From an archaeon (GTDB lineage: Archaea; Nanobdellota; Nanobdellia; Pacearchaeales; GW2011-AR1), in contig JBDRNU010000026.1 in the NCBI GenBank assembly GCA_043810775.1, positions 1-64,000 of the forward strand: 64,000 nucleotides of DNA, given 5' to 3'. Shown piece by piece: positions 27,065 to 38,179 of this stretch. Every line of letters begins with the position of its first letter. The first letter of the stretch is position 1. The notes beneath the pieces are model-generated. The model did not search any database. It was given only the letters and a program-made list of their open reading frames with translations, and was not told the DNA's origin. Both the position numbers and the translations under genes were made by a program.

Positions 27065-28681
27065 TCACACATTGCAAGCCCTGACAAAAGCATCAAATAA
27101 AGGTGCCGGCTTCATTAAGCTTGACTTAAACTCAGGGTGCGCCTGAGTAGCAATAAAAAATTTATTTTCAGGAATTTCAATAAACTCAACTAAATTCCCA
27201 TCAGGGCTCATGCCAGAAAACACTAATCCTTTTTCCTGAAGAATATCATGATAGTAAGGATTTACCTCATACCTGTGCCTGTGCCTTTCATAAGCTTCTC
27301 CACTTCTATAAATTTCCCTTACTCTTCCTTTTAGTAAAGCGCGATAAGCTCCTAGCCTCATACTAGCTCCTTTCTTATCAACGTGCAATTGTTCAGGTAA
27401 AATATCAATAACCTTGTGTTTAGTTTCAGGATTAATTTCAGAAGTGTGGGCATTTTCAAGTCCACAAACATTCCTAGCATACTCAACTACTGCAAGCTGC
27501 AATCCAAAACACAATCCAAGATAAGGAATATTATTTTCCCTTGCATGCTTTATCGCACAAATCTTACCCTCAACTCCACTCCCTCCAAACCCCCCAGGAA
27601 CAATAATCCCATCTAACCTGTCTAATTTGCTCTCTAAATTTCCACCATTCAGCCCATTTGCATCAATCCACTGAATATCAACTCCCACAGAATTATTTGC
27701 ACCTGCATGCTTCAAAGCCTCATTTACAGAAACATACGCATCTTCAAGTGTAAATCCTCCGCTTGCAATATACTTACAAATCATTCCTACCCGGATAGTC
27801 TTTTCAGGATTAACAATTTTATCAACAAGCTCGCCCCATCTTTCCCAGTCAGGCTCTTTCCTCTTCTCAAGTTCTAATCTATGGAGAAGTTTCTCTCCAA
27901 ATTTTTCACCCTCCAATTGAAGAGGAATCTGGTAGATAGTTCCATTTCTTTCTGATGTAGTCACATCCGGCATAGAAATAACTCCATCCTCACTAATATT
28001 AGCATATGTTTTTATTTTTCTTTTTCTCACACTATCCAATGCCTCTGCTCCCCTGCACAAAACAAAATCTGGCTGTATGCCGCTATGTCTTAAAAGTTTA
28101 ATTGCTATTTGAGTTGGCTTTGTTTTCATTTCTTTTATATGGCTCGGAGTAGGCAGATAGCTAACAAGTGCATTGACAAGATTATCTCTTCCAACCTCTA
28201 ATCCTAATGAATTCATCGCAAAAAGAAAAGGAAAATGCTCATCATCTCCAATCGTGCCCCCAACTTCAACAACACTAATATCATAATCTTTGCTTGCCTC
28301 TACAACTCTTTTCTTAATTTCATCAGAAACATGCGGGACAAGCTGGACAGTCCTGCCAAGAAAATCCCCTCGCCTCTCCTTCTCCAGCAAATCCTGAAAA
28401 ACCGCTCCCTGAACAATATTATTTTTCTTTAAAATAGTACTGCCAAGAAATCTCTCATAAGTTCCTAAATCCTGGTCAGTTTCTGCGCCATCTTCTGTAA
28501 CAAAAACCTCTCCATGCTCAGTAGGCCTCATAGTTCCTGGATCAACATTCAAATAAGCATCAAGCTTTACTACAGTTGTATTAAATCCATATTCCTGCAT
28601 AATCTTTCCAATAGAAGCGCTTGCCACCCCCTTTCCCACCCCAGAAATTACACCTCCTGTAACTACAATATACTTAGTCAT
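27065..28681 (-). CDS. pyrG: CTP synthase
   Basis: TGGVISGVGKG, EHGEVFV, KTKPTQ, GLCFG, HRHRYE, HPE. Confidence 0.97.
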   Translation of the reverse strand: MTKYIVVTGGVISGVGKGVASASIGKIMQEYGFNTTVVKLDAYLNVDPGTMRPTEHGEVFVTEDGAETDQDLGTYERFLGSTILKKNNIVQGAVFQDLLEKERRGDFLGRTVQLVPHVSDEIKKRVVEASKDYDISVVEVGGTIGDDEHFPFLFAMNSLGLEVGRDNLVNALVSYLPTPSHIKEMKTKPTQIAIKLLRHSGIQPDFVLCRGAEALDSVRKRKIKTYANISEDGVISMPDVTTSERNGTIYQIPLQLEGEKFGEKLLHRLELEKRKEPDWERWGELVDKIVNPEKTIRVGMICKYIASGGFTLEDAYVSVNEALKHAGANNSVGVDIQWIDANGLNGGNLESKLDRLDGIIVPGGFGGSGVEGKICAIKHARENNIPYLGLCFGLQLAVVEYARNVCGLENAHTSEINPETKHKVIDILPEQLHVDKKGASMRLGAYRALLKGRVREIYRSGEAYERHRHRYEVNPYYHDILQEKGLVFSGMSPDGNLVEFIEIPENKFFIATQAHPEFKSSLMKPAPLFDAFVRACNV

Positions 28682-29073
28682 ATAAAAAAGAGTTAATTAG
28701 AGTATTATAAAGATTATTATAGTGTATTGATAACTAATCTATTAAAAGGAAAGTTTAAATTTCATATAAATAATCTTCCTGCATGGCAATAAAACTTCCT
28801 AAATATACCAATTCAAGGCAAGAGTTAGAAAAAGCGAAGGTTTTTTATAGTTCAGAATAATATTAATATTAATATGTTCCCCAGTATGGTCTTAGGGCAA
28901 TACTGGGCTCTTATTTTAATCCTATTAATTTAACTATCTTTTTATTTATGCAGAAAGAAGTATTGCAGGTTTTCAAGCTACAAGAAGCCAGAATAATTAA
29001 ATAAAAGTGCCCAAATAAATTCTAGAACTTATTTCAACTAATTATTAAAAACTCCCAGAAAAAGCCGATTTTC

Positions 29074-31617
29074 TTAAACAGCCAATACAATAATAATCAA
29101 AATAATTATTATAAGTATTAATACTAGAAAGATTAGAACTGCTGGAGTCAGCAAATCCATTAAGCTTCTGCTCCTAGATTGCTTTCCTAAAGGTACACTT
29201 CCTGTAGCTGAGTAATTAGTATTTCCTAAATAAACAGTAGTCCCAGCATTGCTAGGCTCTTGTGTATCTTCAATTGGAATATTAGGTTTAGTAGTTCCTC
29301 CTCCCCCGCCTGAATCATCATCATCGTCATCATCATCATCTCCAGGAGGGCCAATGCACTTGGCATTTTCACATCCATAAGTGCACTCTTCAACAATTTC
29401 AGTGGTATTTGCAATCTGACAAGTATAATTCTCACAATCAGGAACTAAATGGTCCCTGACTACATCATCAGCAAAACAATAATTTCCAGAGTAACTCTCA
29501 TTCCCGCAGTCAGAATCTTGATTGCATTCTGGCTCTTTGCACTGCCCATCCTCGCATCCATACTCACACTCTTCAACTAATACAGGTTTAGTTTCACTTG
29601 AACAAAAGCTGTCTGCTTCTTCCGGATTATTGCAGCTAAACTCAGTATAATTCTGATAAACATTAGTATGGCATATGCAATATTTCTCACCTATAAAACC
29701 ATCTTCCCCGCAGTCTGAATCTTGATTGCATTCAACTGGAGGTTCTATGCATTGAGCATCCTCGCATCCATACAAGCAATACTCCTGAACTTCTGTAACA
29801 TTGCTAACAAGCCCGCACTCTCCACCTTCACAACCATAAGATAAATAATCCACAGCCACATTTCCTTCAGAACAATAAGGCAGAGTAACAGCTTCAGCCC
29901 CGCAATCTTCTACTATCCAAGGAGTTATACTCTCATCACAATAACTTTCAAATGTACCTGGATTTTTGCAAGTATAATCTATAAAATCTTGAGTTGAATT
30001 TTGTCCTGAACAGTACTTATCCCCAAAAGGTCCGTCAATTCCGCACTCCCAATTTTCAAAGCAAGTAATCTCATCAGTGCACTCCCCATCTACACACTCT
30101 TCATTGCACTCCTGGACTAATTCAGTTAGCTTCTCAATTCCGCACTCATTGCCTTCACATCTGGGAACATAATGGTCAACTACAACACGGCTATTATCAC
30201 AATAATTCTCACCATAATAATCATCTCCGCACTCTTCATCAATTTCACACTCTGGCTCCAAGCACTGCCCATCCTTGCATCCATACTCACACTCTTCAAC
30301 AAAATCAGGTTGAACACTAAGATGGCACTCACCATCATTGCAATAAGGATTAAAATAATCTCTGTAAACATCTCCTGCAAAACAATAATTATCTTCATAA
30401 TATGATTCACCACAGTCTTTATCAATATAGCATGAAGGCTCAGGATAAACAAAAATTTCTTGGATTATTGTTTCATTCAGGTTTTCTTCATAAGGGCAGT
30501 TATCTGCAACACCTTGCACTGTTAGAGTATAAAGCCCCTGCTCTTCAGGTGTCCACGGAAAACTAAATGTATAAGGATTAAATTCATCACCATTAGCTTC
30601 CACAACAAAACTAACCTCATTAGTTTCTGTATCATTAACTTTTTTGATTTCAACATCAATAACAGTTGGAAGAGGGGTTAAGTCTTCTCCATAAACAGCA
30701 TTGCTTATTTTATCAGCATAAACACTAACTTCCTGTCCTGCCTTAGGCATATTATCTGAAAAAACTAAATTATTCAGTAAAGTATAGCACATTTCCTCAA
30801 GCTCATCAATAACACTAAACTCTTTTTCAACAGACATATCAAGAACTTCCAGGCATTTTTCATCTGTAATATGGCTAGTAACAATTGCCTTATACTCTCC
30901 TGCTACTTCAGGAGTCCAGACAAAACTAACACTTTCTTTTCCGCTGTATTCAATCATTAAATCTTCATAATCTTCAAAAACAACATCATCAGTACTATTA
31001 ATAATTTGCACTATAACTCTTGTAGCTATCTGATAATGCTCTAAAATCTCAGAAGGAACATAATCTAAAGGCCCATTATGCTCAAGAGCAGAAGTCACAT
31101 CTGAATCCAGCTCAGCTTCAACATCTATTTGCAATGGTTGATGAGGATTTACACCATTAATCAAGCTAAAATTATCAACAACAGCACTGCACTGCTCAAC
31201 TTTCAGTAAATATTTAGAATAAGGCCCTTGAGGGTCTGCAGGATTAGTTCCCCACCAAGTTGCTTTTATCTCCCAGGGAACATAACCCTCTTTAAAAAAA
31301 TAAACGCCATATCCAGAAGATTGTAAATTTGTAGGATATGTAAGTTGAATATGATTATCGCTTCCTGAATTTAATATTTCACCACCCCATAGCTCACCGC
31401 TAACAGAACTGCAAGCAGAATTAGCGCAGACAAAGCCAATTACACTAAAATTATTCACAGGGTTTGTTGTAGTTGTATATGAGCCATCCAAATGAAGTGT
31501 TGCTTCATAAGTATTATAATCAATATATCTTGTAGCACTAACAAGGAAACAAGCGCTTAAAACTAAAATTATTACTAATGAAATCTTCCAAGGAATTGTA
31601 TTTGCTATTTTGTTCAT
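29074..31617 (-). CDS. Cys-rich, acidic surface protein with internal repeats and C-terminal TM anchor
   Basis: Signal peptide, Ig-like N-terminal part, repeated C..D.DCG...YC...CEYGC.DG.C units, poly-D/G linker. Confidence 0.85.
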   Translation of the reverse strand: MNKIANTIPWKISLVIILVLSACFLVSATRYIDYNTYEATLHLDGSYTTTTNPVNNFSVIGFVCANSACSSVSGELWGGEILNSGSDNHIQLTYPTNLQSSGYGVYFFKEGYVPWEIKATWWGTNPADPQGPYSKYLLKVEQCSAVVDNFSLINGVNPHQPLQIDVEAELDSDVTSALEHNGPLDYVPSEILEHYQIATRVIVQIINSTDDVVFEDYEDLMIEYSGKESVSFVWTPEVAGEYKAIVTSHITDEKCLEVLDMSVEKEFSVIDELEEMCYTLLNNLVFSDNMPKAGQEVSVYADKISNAVYGEDLTPLPTVIDVEIKKVNDTETNEVSFVVEANGDEFNPYTFSFPWTPEEQGLYTLTVQGVADNCPYEENLNETIIQEIFVYPEPSCYIDKDCGESYYEDNYCFAGDVYRDYFNPYCNDGECHLSVQPDFVEECEYGCKDGQCLEPECEIDEECGDDYYGENYCDNSRVVVDHYVPRCEGNECGIEKLTELVQECNEECVDGECTDEITCFENWECGIDGPFGDKYCSGQNSTQDFIDYTCKNPGTFESYCDESITPWIVEDCGAEAVTLPYCSEGNVAVDYLSYGCEGGECGLVSNVTEVQEYCLYGCEDAQCIEPPVECNQDSDCGEDGFIGEKYCICHTNVYQNYTEFSCNNPEEADSFCSSETKPVLVEECEYGCEDGQCKEPECNQDSDCGNESYSGNYCFADDVVRDHLVPDCENYTCQIANTTEIVEECTYGCENAKCIGPPGDDDDDDDDDSGGGGGTTKPNIPIEDTQEPSNAGTTVYLGNTNYSATGSVPLGKQSRSRSLMDLLTPAVLIFLVLILIIIILIIIVLAV

Positions 31618-31649
31618 TTTTATAATTTTTTATTTAATGAAGTCAGTAT

Positions 31650-34364
31650 TTATGCGCCAGGTCCATCTACTTCACCACCGCCAAATTTCGGTTTATGCCC
31701 TTTTCCCTTAAATAATTTGCTTGCTCCACAAGTTTCACCAATTATTACAACAGGAGTAAGCAGGGTTTCTACACACTGCCTTGTCTCATCTAACCCATCA
31801 ACACTGTCATTTGGCGCGTTTCTTCCATTAAAAACATCTTCAGGGCAAACTAATTCACCTTCCTTAAAAGGCACCTGCCCGTCAATATTATCAGTATTAT
31901 AGTAAACAACTGGCAAGCCAGATAAACGATAACTTAGTGGTAATCTAGAGTCAATTAATTCTCCCAAATCCATATCAGAACCTAAAACCCTGCTTGCAGC
32001 ATCTCCGCCAATCCCATTTGATTGAACAACTCTTAATGGAAATTCAACCACAGCTCCAACACCCTGGGAAAAATTATATCTTCTACTATTTTCATCTGCA
32101 CCTATTCTAATTGCCAGCTCAGGAATATCCCATACCCCTTGCACTACACTATTTCCTGCATTTGTTATAGCTCCAAAACCATACCAAACATTGCCTAATG
32201 TTCCACCTATTAAATCTCTGATAAATGCTTCATAACCTATATTGTAAATGCCTCTTCCAGTGCTAGTAAAAACATGCCCTACTCTCTCAATTCCTCTTGG
32301 CTTGTCAGCTCCTATAGGTGGAACTATTCCAAATGTAACACCGCTTAAAATATTCACTGCTCCCTTGCCAGTATCTAAAAGAGTATTTTTAGGAACAACT
32401 ATTAGTTCATTTACACCAGCTTCTATTAATCCTGTTCTTCCATAAGGCTTTACCATTAAACCTTCTTCTGTTATAATAGACTGATTTGCGCCTGGCCCAA
32501 TATCTAAAAGTGCATTTCCAAAATTGCCTAAAGGAGAATCAGGAAGTGCTGTTCTCTCTTCATTAAAATATTTTTTTAATCCCACACTATCAACACAAGC
32601 ACATAATCCTTCTGCTTGAGCTATTACTGGAGGTTCTGGAACAACTATCATAGGGGGCTCTGAAAATACATCCTCATTTCCACCAGCTCCACCTTTTTCA
32701 CATCCATTAATAATATCAGTTAATTCTGCACTAGTTGCTTTTCTTAAAGAAGGTAATAGATTAATATTAAACTCTCCTGTGCAAGGATGCAGTGCAATAT
32801 AATTTTCTCTGTCTGGCACAACACCAAAATACTCAGCTAAGCAGGCTCTTGATACAACATTTGACTCTACTTCCTTTCTCTTTAGCTCATCAACTACACT
32901 ATTGAGGTCACTAGGTAAATTGCCCCCATTACTAGAAAGCTTGCAATTATCAAATTCTGCCTTAGCTAGTGAAGCTGGCTGTTGAGAATAAATATCTTGA
33001 GCTTCCTGGCTTGATTTTGCAACTTGCTCAACTGCTGCCTGCTCAACTACTGATTCAATTCCGCCTGCTGGTGGAATGCTACTATCTTTAGGTTCAGGAA
33101 AATATCCACTAAAATTTTCAGAAAAATCATTGCCAACTATATTAGAAACTTCAGAAGAATAAACATCTTGAGCAGCTTGAATTTGAGATGCTGTATTTTC
33201 AATTATCATCTCTTCAGCTCTGCTTTCAGAAACAAGAGGAGTCATTGGATTTCTAGCATCATCCCAAGAAATTTCACCAGCTTCCATTTTTCTATTCCAC
33301 TCATGCACTACATCCATATACTCCCTCTGATTAAAACTATTAGCTACATCTTCTAGCTTTTCACTTACATAATTTGCTGCAGCTTCTGCTACATTTCCAA
33401 TATCACCTGCCCAAGCTTTTGCACCAATATAATCACCTAAACTAGCTCCTAGTTTTTTTATCCTATTCATTACTCCCCCCAAACCACCCATTCCAGCTTT
33501 AGCAATTCTAGTTTCTTCTGTTTTAGGCTTGCTGTCCCCTATTCTAATTTCTTCATGATTGCTAAGATTTCCAGAAGCATACAATCCCAAGCTTAGCGCA
33601 CCTCCAACAAATAATCCAGCAGCAATCTGCCCAGCTCTTGTATCTAAAGCTTTGCTAATAATTCCTCTTCTTCTATTAGATGTTTTGCCACCCTCAATAA
33701 TTTCTAACCTTTGAGAAGGATTTTTTCTTAATTCAGCCTCTAAACTAACATGATTCATAGAATTATAAGTATCCATTTCATCAGGACTTAAATCACTTTT
33801 TTCACAAATAGCATATGAACATATCTCATTGCTTGCAGGATGAGGAATTCTGTAAACTAATCCTTCTTCTAGCTTTGCAAAAGGCTCTGCTGTCAATCCA
33901 AGACATTCACCTATTGAAAATTGAGCTGTTGATTCACTATTAGAATCAGGTACACTTTGAGCATACTCAATCTCACCTTTAGCTTCTTTTAGCTGTCTAT
34001 AAATAGTAGAAGTTGATGCATTAGTCATCCTGGCAATATCTCTAACAGAAATATTCTCTTCTCTTAATTTATGAATATTCATAATATCATCATACCAGAA
34101 TCTATCAGAAGTATTTACCTGCATCCCTTGATCTTTTGCATCCTTAACAATTCTCTTTACAGCATAAGAAGTTAAGCCAGTTCCCCAAGAAACAGCATCA
34201 TACAAACTATCTAATTTTCCATGATACTTTCTCTGCTCATTGCAGTAGCTGACAACATCATCTTTTATCTTTTCAGAAATAGCTCTTGAGCTTCTTCTAG
34301 AATCAAGTTCTTTAAATCCGTCATAAGACACTAAACTAGTCTTACTATCCTTTCCCTTAGTCAT
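31650..34364 (-). CDS. Large hypothetical protein: HTH-like N-terminus, central TM, Gly-rich C-terminus
   Basis: SVRDIARMTNASTSTIYRQL HTH; hydrophobic IAAGLFVGGALSLGLYA. Confidence 0.7.
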   Translation of the reverse strand: MTKGKDSKTSLVSYDGFKELDSRRSSRAISEKIKDDVVSYCNEQRKYHGKLDSLYDAVSWGTGLTSYAVKRIVKDAKDQGMQVNTSDRFWYDDIMNIHKLREENISVRDIARMTNASTSTIYRQLKEAKGEIEYAQSVPDSNSESTAQFSIGECLGLTAEPFAKLEEGLVYRIPHPASNEICSYAICEKSDLSPDEMDTYNSMNHVSLEAELRKNPSQRLEIIEGGKTSNRRRGIISKALDTRAGQIAAGLFVGGALSLGLYASGNLSNHEEIRIGDSKPKTEETRIAKAGMGGLGGVMNRIKKLGASLGDYIGAKAWAGDIGNVAEAAANYVSEKLEDVANSFNQREYMDVVHEWNRKMEAGEISWDDARNPMTPLVSESRAEEMIIENTASQIQAAQDVYSSEVSNIVGNDFSENFSGYFPEPKDSSIPPAGGIESVVEQAAVEQVAKSSQEAQDIYSQQPASLAKAEFDNCKLSSNGGNLPSDLNSVVDELKRKEVESNVVSRACLAEYFGVVPDRENYIALHPCTGEFNINLLPSLRKATSAELTDIINGCEKGGAGGNEDVFSEPPMIVVPEPPVIAQAEGLCACVDSVGLKKYFNEERTALPDSPLGNFGNALLDIGPGANQSIITEEGLMVKPYGRTGLIEAGVNELIVVPKNTLLDTGKGAVNILSGVTFGIVPPIGADKPRGIERVGHVFTSTGRGIYNIGYEAFIRDLIGGTLGNVWYGFGAITNAGNSVVQGVWDIPELAIRIGADENSRRYNFSQGVGAVVEFPLRVVQSNGIGGDAASRVLGSDMDLGELIDSRLPLSYRLSGLPVVYYNTDNIDGQVPFKEGELVCPEDVFNGRNAPNDSVDGLDETRQCVETLLTPVVIIGETCGASKLFKGKGHKPKFGGGEVDGPGA

Positions 34365-34448
34365 TGTTTTAACTATTTAATGACACTATTTAAATATTTA
34401 TATACTTAAATGTAAATATATTTATAATTTAAATCAAGAAATATTTGC

Positions 34449-34519
34449 GCAGCCTTAGTTTAATGGTAGAATCTGAGCTTCCCAAGCTTATGGTGCGGGT
34501 TCAATTCCCGCAGGCTGCA
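34449..34519 (+). tRNA. tRNA-Gly(CCC)
   Basis: GCAGCCT/AGGCTGC acceptor stem, TGAGC-TTCCCAA-GCTTA anticodon arm, short variable loop. Confidence 0.95.
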
Positions 34520-34524
34520 TTCAA

Positions 34525-35946
34525 TCAAACTTCCTTCTCTCGATTAAGAGCAGCAAGAATCAACAATAATACAACTAGTATCAAAACTAAAGTAATCTCA
34601 ATAACTATAAATAAAAGACCGGCATCCTCAATTAATCCTCCAGCATCTTCTGAAATACTTTCTAATTCATCTTCATCTATTTCACTAATCTCCTCTTCTT
34701 GCTCACCAGATTCTTCTTCAGAAACTTTTCCTGTAACTAACATCAAAGAAACACTCTCTCCAGCATCACTTGTATCAGTATCATTATTCTTATCTATACA
34801 AGCCCAGTAAGTCTTGTTTGAAGATTCAGATTTGAAATTGCATTCACACCCACTCCCATTAACTTCACAAGAACATAACGTAACTCCAGCCAGTCCAGAA
34901 CATGAAGCTGACCTCAAGTTTAAAGTCTTACCATTACAACCACTTAGATTATCCATCCTGGCTTTAACATTTCCTCCTTCTTCAACACTAGCAGGGTCAA
35001 AACTTAAAGTTAACAAGCCTGTGCAAGATTTTGCACCTAAAATATTCTTCAAGCTTGAATTTAAAGGAGTTCCGCTAAATGCTATTTTCTCGCCAGAGGT
35101 TTCCCCTTCACCATTCAAGGAAACTAAGCTAAAAATAAGATTCACATCTGCTTCTGGCATCATTACATAAACTATAATAAAATTCTTGGAAACATTACTG
35201 CCTAATAAATAAGCTAAATTAACTTTAGCTTCACTTCCTTCAAGAGCAGAATCTCCAATCATCTTCTCACCACTGTCTTTTCTGCCATTATTATTATCAT
35301 CAGCATACACCTCAATTTTTGTAATTTGCTTTGATAAATCCGCATCTCCAATATCTTTTAAATTAAGGTCACTAAGCATAATATTCTCGCCTTCTGCACT
35401 AAGTTTAAACTGCATCATCACATTATTTAACTCTGGATTTTCAGTATCATACTGCCAAGAATGGTCAGCAGGATTATGGCTTCCTAGCTCAATCTTTCCA
35501 GTGCCAGCTTTTCCAACAACACTAAATCCAATACTAGATAAACTGTCTATTGGCTCTAAAATAGGATCAGCATCAAACTTGCCATTATTATTGCAATCAA
35601 CTATTATATCATAATCACCAGCTAAAGGAACTTCCCATATCTTAGTTACAGCTAAATTAGCATCACCATCAGTTGTAACTTTTTGAGCAGCACCCCTCAC
35701 ATCAACTAAATCCTCTCCGCCAGCCCAATTAGATTTGTCCTGAACAATATAAAGGTCAAGTTGCTTGTTTATAGTGCAGACACCAGTGCCCTTAACATAA
35801 ACCATCTCACTTGTTTCAAAGCTGTTTTTTATCACACCAGCTGAATTAGTGCTTCCAGGAGAAAGTAATGCCAAAGAAAATGCTGAACATAAAATTATAA
35901 GGCATAACACAGCTGATAAAATAATTCCTCTTTTCATTATCATCAA
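34525..35946 (-). CDS. Secreted or surface protein with C-terminal TM anchor
   Basis: Signal peptide, DxNxNG Ca-binding-like loops, Cys cluster, C-terminal TM. Confidence 0.8.
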   Translation of the reverse strand: MMIMKRGIILSAVLCLIILCSAFSLALLSPGSTNSAGVIKNSFETSEMVYVKGTGVCTINKQLDLYIVQDKSNWAGGEDLVDVRGAAQKVTTDGDANLAVTKIWEVPLAGDYDIIVDCNNNGKFDADPILEPIDSLSSIGFSVVGKAGTGKIELGSHNPADHSWQYDTENPELNNVMMQFKLSAEGENIMLSDLNLKDIGDADLSKQITKIEVYADDNNNGRKDSGEKMIGDSALEGSEAKVNLAYLLGSNVSKNFIIVYVMMPEADVNLIFSLVSLNGEGETSGEKIAFSGTPLNSSLKNILGAKSCTGLLTLSFDPASVEEGGNVKARMDNLSGCNGKTLNLRSASCSGLAGVTLCSCEVNGSGCECNFKSESSNKTYWACIDKNNDTDTSDAGESVSLMLVTGKVSEEESGEQEEEISEIDEDELESISEDAGGLIEDAGLLFIVIEITLVLILVVLLLILAALNREKEV

Positions 35947-36040
35947 AACTCGAGAAACAAATATATAAGCTTTTATATTGTGTAAAATATAAGCTTTTTC
36001 ATCAGTAAAAAGTAATGAAAATTATTGAATTAATTTAATA

Positions 36041-37135
36041 TCAAATAATTCCTAACTCGCGAGCTTCCATTAAAGACATAACTGCATGCTGGTTTCTGTC
36101 AACTCTCTGGGTAGTAGAGTCATTGCTCCCTAAAAACCCACCTATAGCCTCTATCTCATATTTTTCTCTGTCAGTTACTTGCAAATCCAAAGTTGCATCT
36201 AACCCTTCTATTACAAAATTCTTGTAGCATCTTGCTCTTTCATTGTCTCCCACATCACTTGCAAGCTCGTAAGCTCGGTTTACTCCTTCAACATAAACTG
36301 AAGTAACTATTCCTCCAGAAAAATCAAAATCAGAGCAGTTTCCTTTTGGAGAGTGCTGCTCCAGCATCCAGTCATTCATTTCAAAAACAAAATCCCTGAC
36401 TTCATCATCAGGATTAGCATTATAAAGTTTCTGATAAGCCCTGCTCTGCCACGGAACAAAAGCAGTGTTTCTATTTTTCCTCCAATAGCTAGAATAATAA
36501 GGAAATGCATTTTCAACAGCTTCAAGATATCTCTGCTCGCCATTTGTCTCATAAAGAGTCATTAGGGCAAATAACGCCTCTCCAGGATAATAATCCTGGC
36601 TTCCTAGCTCGCCAGAATAAAATTCAGCATTCAGGCTTCCATCATCATTCTGGCTGTAAAGAATGCCATTTGCAAATTTTTCAAGATAATACTCTTTTTC
36701 CTCATGCTCCATTTCAGTTAAAGTTAAAATCAAAAACGCAGAATAACCTAGCTTTATATTATCAGGAGTTATATTGAGAAAAATAAAATCATTTTCAGCA
36801 TCAGCTTCAAAATAATTCTCAAAAAACTCAAATCCTCTTTTGGCAAGAAGCCCATAACTTTTATCATCAAGATAATTAGCAAGCTTTGCAACACTCCACA
36901 GGCTTGCAGATGACCTTAAATAATGATACTCTTCAGGATGAACCTCTTGCTCAACATCATAAATATAATACAAGAAGTAAGGGTCTTGATTATTCAAGAA
37001 CCACTTGCCACCAAGTTCAATTGCCCTATCATACTTGCTTTGTTTAGGAATTGAATTAATAAGCAAACAAATCAAAACTAACATGACAACTATTAGCACA
37101 ACAATAGCCACCAACTTTTTTGCTTTTCTTTTCAT
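36041..37135 (-). CDS. Membrane-anchored alpha/alpha-toroid (terpene-cyclase or six-hairpin-like) protein
   Basis: N-terminal TM; Q..DGS, YYPGEAL..L and GGF motifs. Confidence 0.6.
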   Translation of the reverse strand: MKRKAKKLVAIVVLIVVMLVLICLLINSIPKQSKYDRAIELGGKWFLNNQDPYFLYYIYDVEQEVHPEEYHYLRSSASLWSVAKLANYLDDKSYGLLAKRGFEFFENYFEADAENDFIFLNITPDNIKLGYSAFLILTLTEMEHEEKEYYLEKFANGILYSQNDDGSLNAEFYSGELGSQDYYPGEALFALMTLYETNGEQRYLEAVENAFPYYSSYWRKNRNTAFVPWQSRAYQKLYNANPDDEVRDFVFEMNDWMLEQHSPKGNCSDFDFSGGIVTSVYVEGVNRAYELASDVGDNERARCYKNFVIEGLDATLDLQVTDREKYEIEAIGGFLGSNDSTTQRVDRNQHAVMSLMEARELGII

Positions 37136-37310
37136 GCATAATAAAGAAAAAATAATTATTTAAACCTTGTTAATATAATTATTTCATCCTCTCTACTAAT
37201 GCCTAAATTCTTTCACAATATTTGCCTGTCATAATCTTTTTTAAATTTTTCCTTTCTCATTCGGAGAGCTTTTCAGCAAGGTTTTTAAGGCAGTCTTAAT
37301 AAGATAGATT

Positions 37311-38168
37311 ATGGAATGGTTTATATTGTCGGTATTTGCAACTATCATGTTCGGAATTCAGAGCTTTCTTTACAAATCTTCTATGGAAAAAGGGTGCAAC
37401 AAATTCCTGGTAACTCTTAGTTTTATGGTTACTGTTGAAATTCTAGCTGTAATTTTATTTTTATTTAAGGGAATTAATTTTTCCAGTTTATTGATAACTC
37501 TTGTATTAGGTTTTGTCTTTGCAATAGTGTTTTATATTAAAACAATAAGCCAGATGAAAGCCCTGCAGTTTCTCCCCACAAATAAGGTTTTCCCCATCAC
37601 TGCAAGCGAAGTCATTCTTGTAATTATATTTGCCCTCATATTTTTTCATGAAACTCTAGAATTATACCAAATTATAGGAATTACTATGATTATTTTATCT
37701 ATTACCCTAATACATTCACGCTCAAAAAAACAGAAAGACTATTCTGAAAAAAAGATAGGATTTTTTTATGCTTTTTTAGCAATACCTTTCGGCGCTGCTG
37801 TTGTAATTACAAATAAATTCGCGACAATGAATTCAGAAATTGGTTTTTTTATTGTAATCGCTTATTTATTTTCAATCCTCATATCTTTTATATCTTATAA
37901 AGTGGCTGAAGAAAATTCCAATAAGAAAGTCTCAAAAAAAGACTCGTTAAAAATAGGAATTTTCATAGGGATAGTTAATTTCCTGGGTTTTTTTGCTTTC
38001 TTAACTGCACTGAAAACAGGCCCTCTTGCACTTGTATCTGCAATTCACCCAAATTATATAATAGTCACAGTAATTTTAGCCAGAATAGTGCATAAAGAAG
38101 AGTTGACTTGGAAGCAGTTTGGACTTGTAGTACTATCTGTAATAGGAATTATTTTACTTAAAATTTAA
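37311..38168 (+). CDS. EamA/DMT-family transporter
   Basis: About 10 TMs in two repeats, FF.E.L...QIIG, ALKTGP. Confidence 0.9.
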   Translation: MEWFILSVFATIMFGIQSFLYKSSMEKGCNKFLVTLSFMVTVEILAVILFLFKGINFSSLLITLVLGFVFAIVFYIKTISQMKALQFLPTNKVFPITASEVILVIIFALIFFHETLELYQIIGITMIILSITLIHSRSKKQKDYSEKKIGFFYAFLAIPFGAAVVITNKFATMNSEIGFFIVIAYLFSILISFISYKVAEENSNKKVSKKDSLKIGIFIGIVNFLGFFAFLTALKTGPLALVSAIHPNYIIVTVILARIVHKEELTWKQFGLVVLSVIGIILLKI

Positions 38169-38179
38169 AATCAAAAAAT

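Noticed and set aside
29300-30440. Nucleotide repeats in the Cys-rich surface protein as a DGR or other repeat system
   Set aside because: Explained by protein domain repeats; no reverse transcriptase or adenine-specific TR/VR pattern seen
34445-35170. + strand ORFs 34445-34810 and 34814-35170, and the other short antisense ORFs in the track
   Set aside because: They overlap a tRNA or are shadows of well-supported genes on the opposite strand
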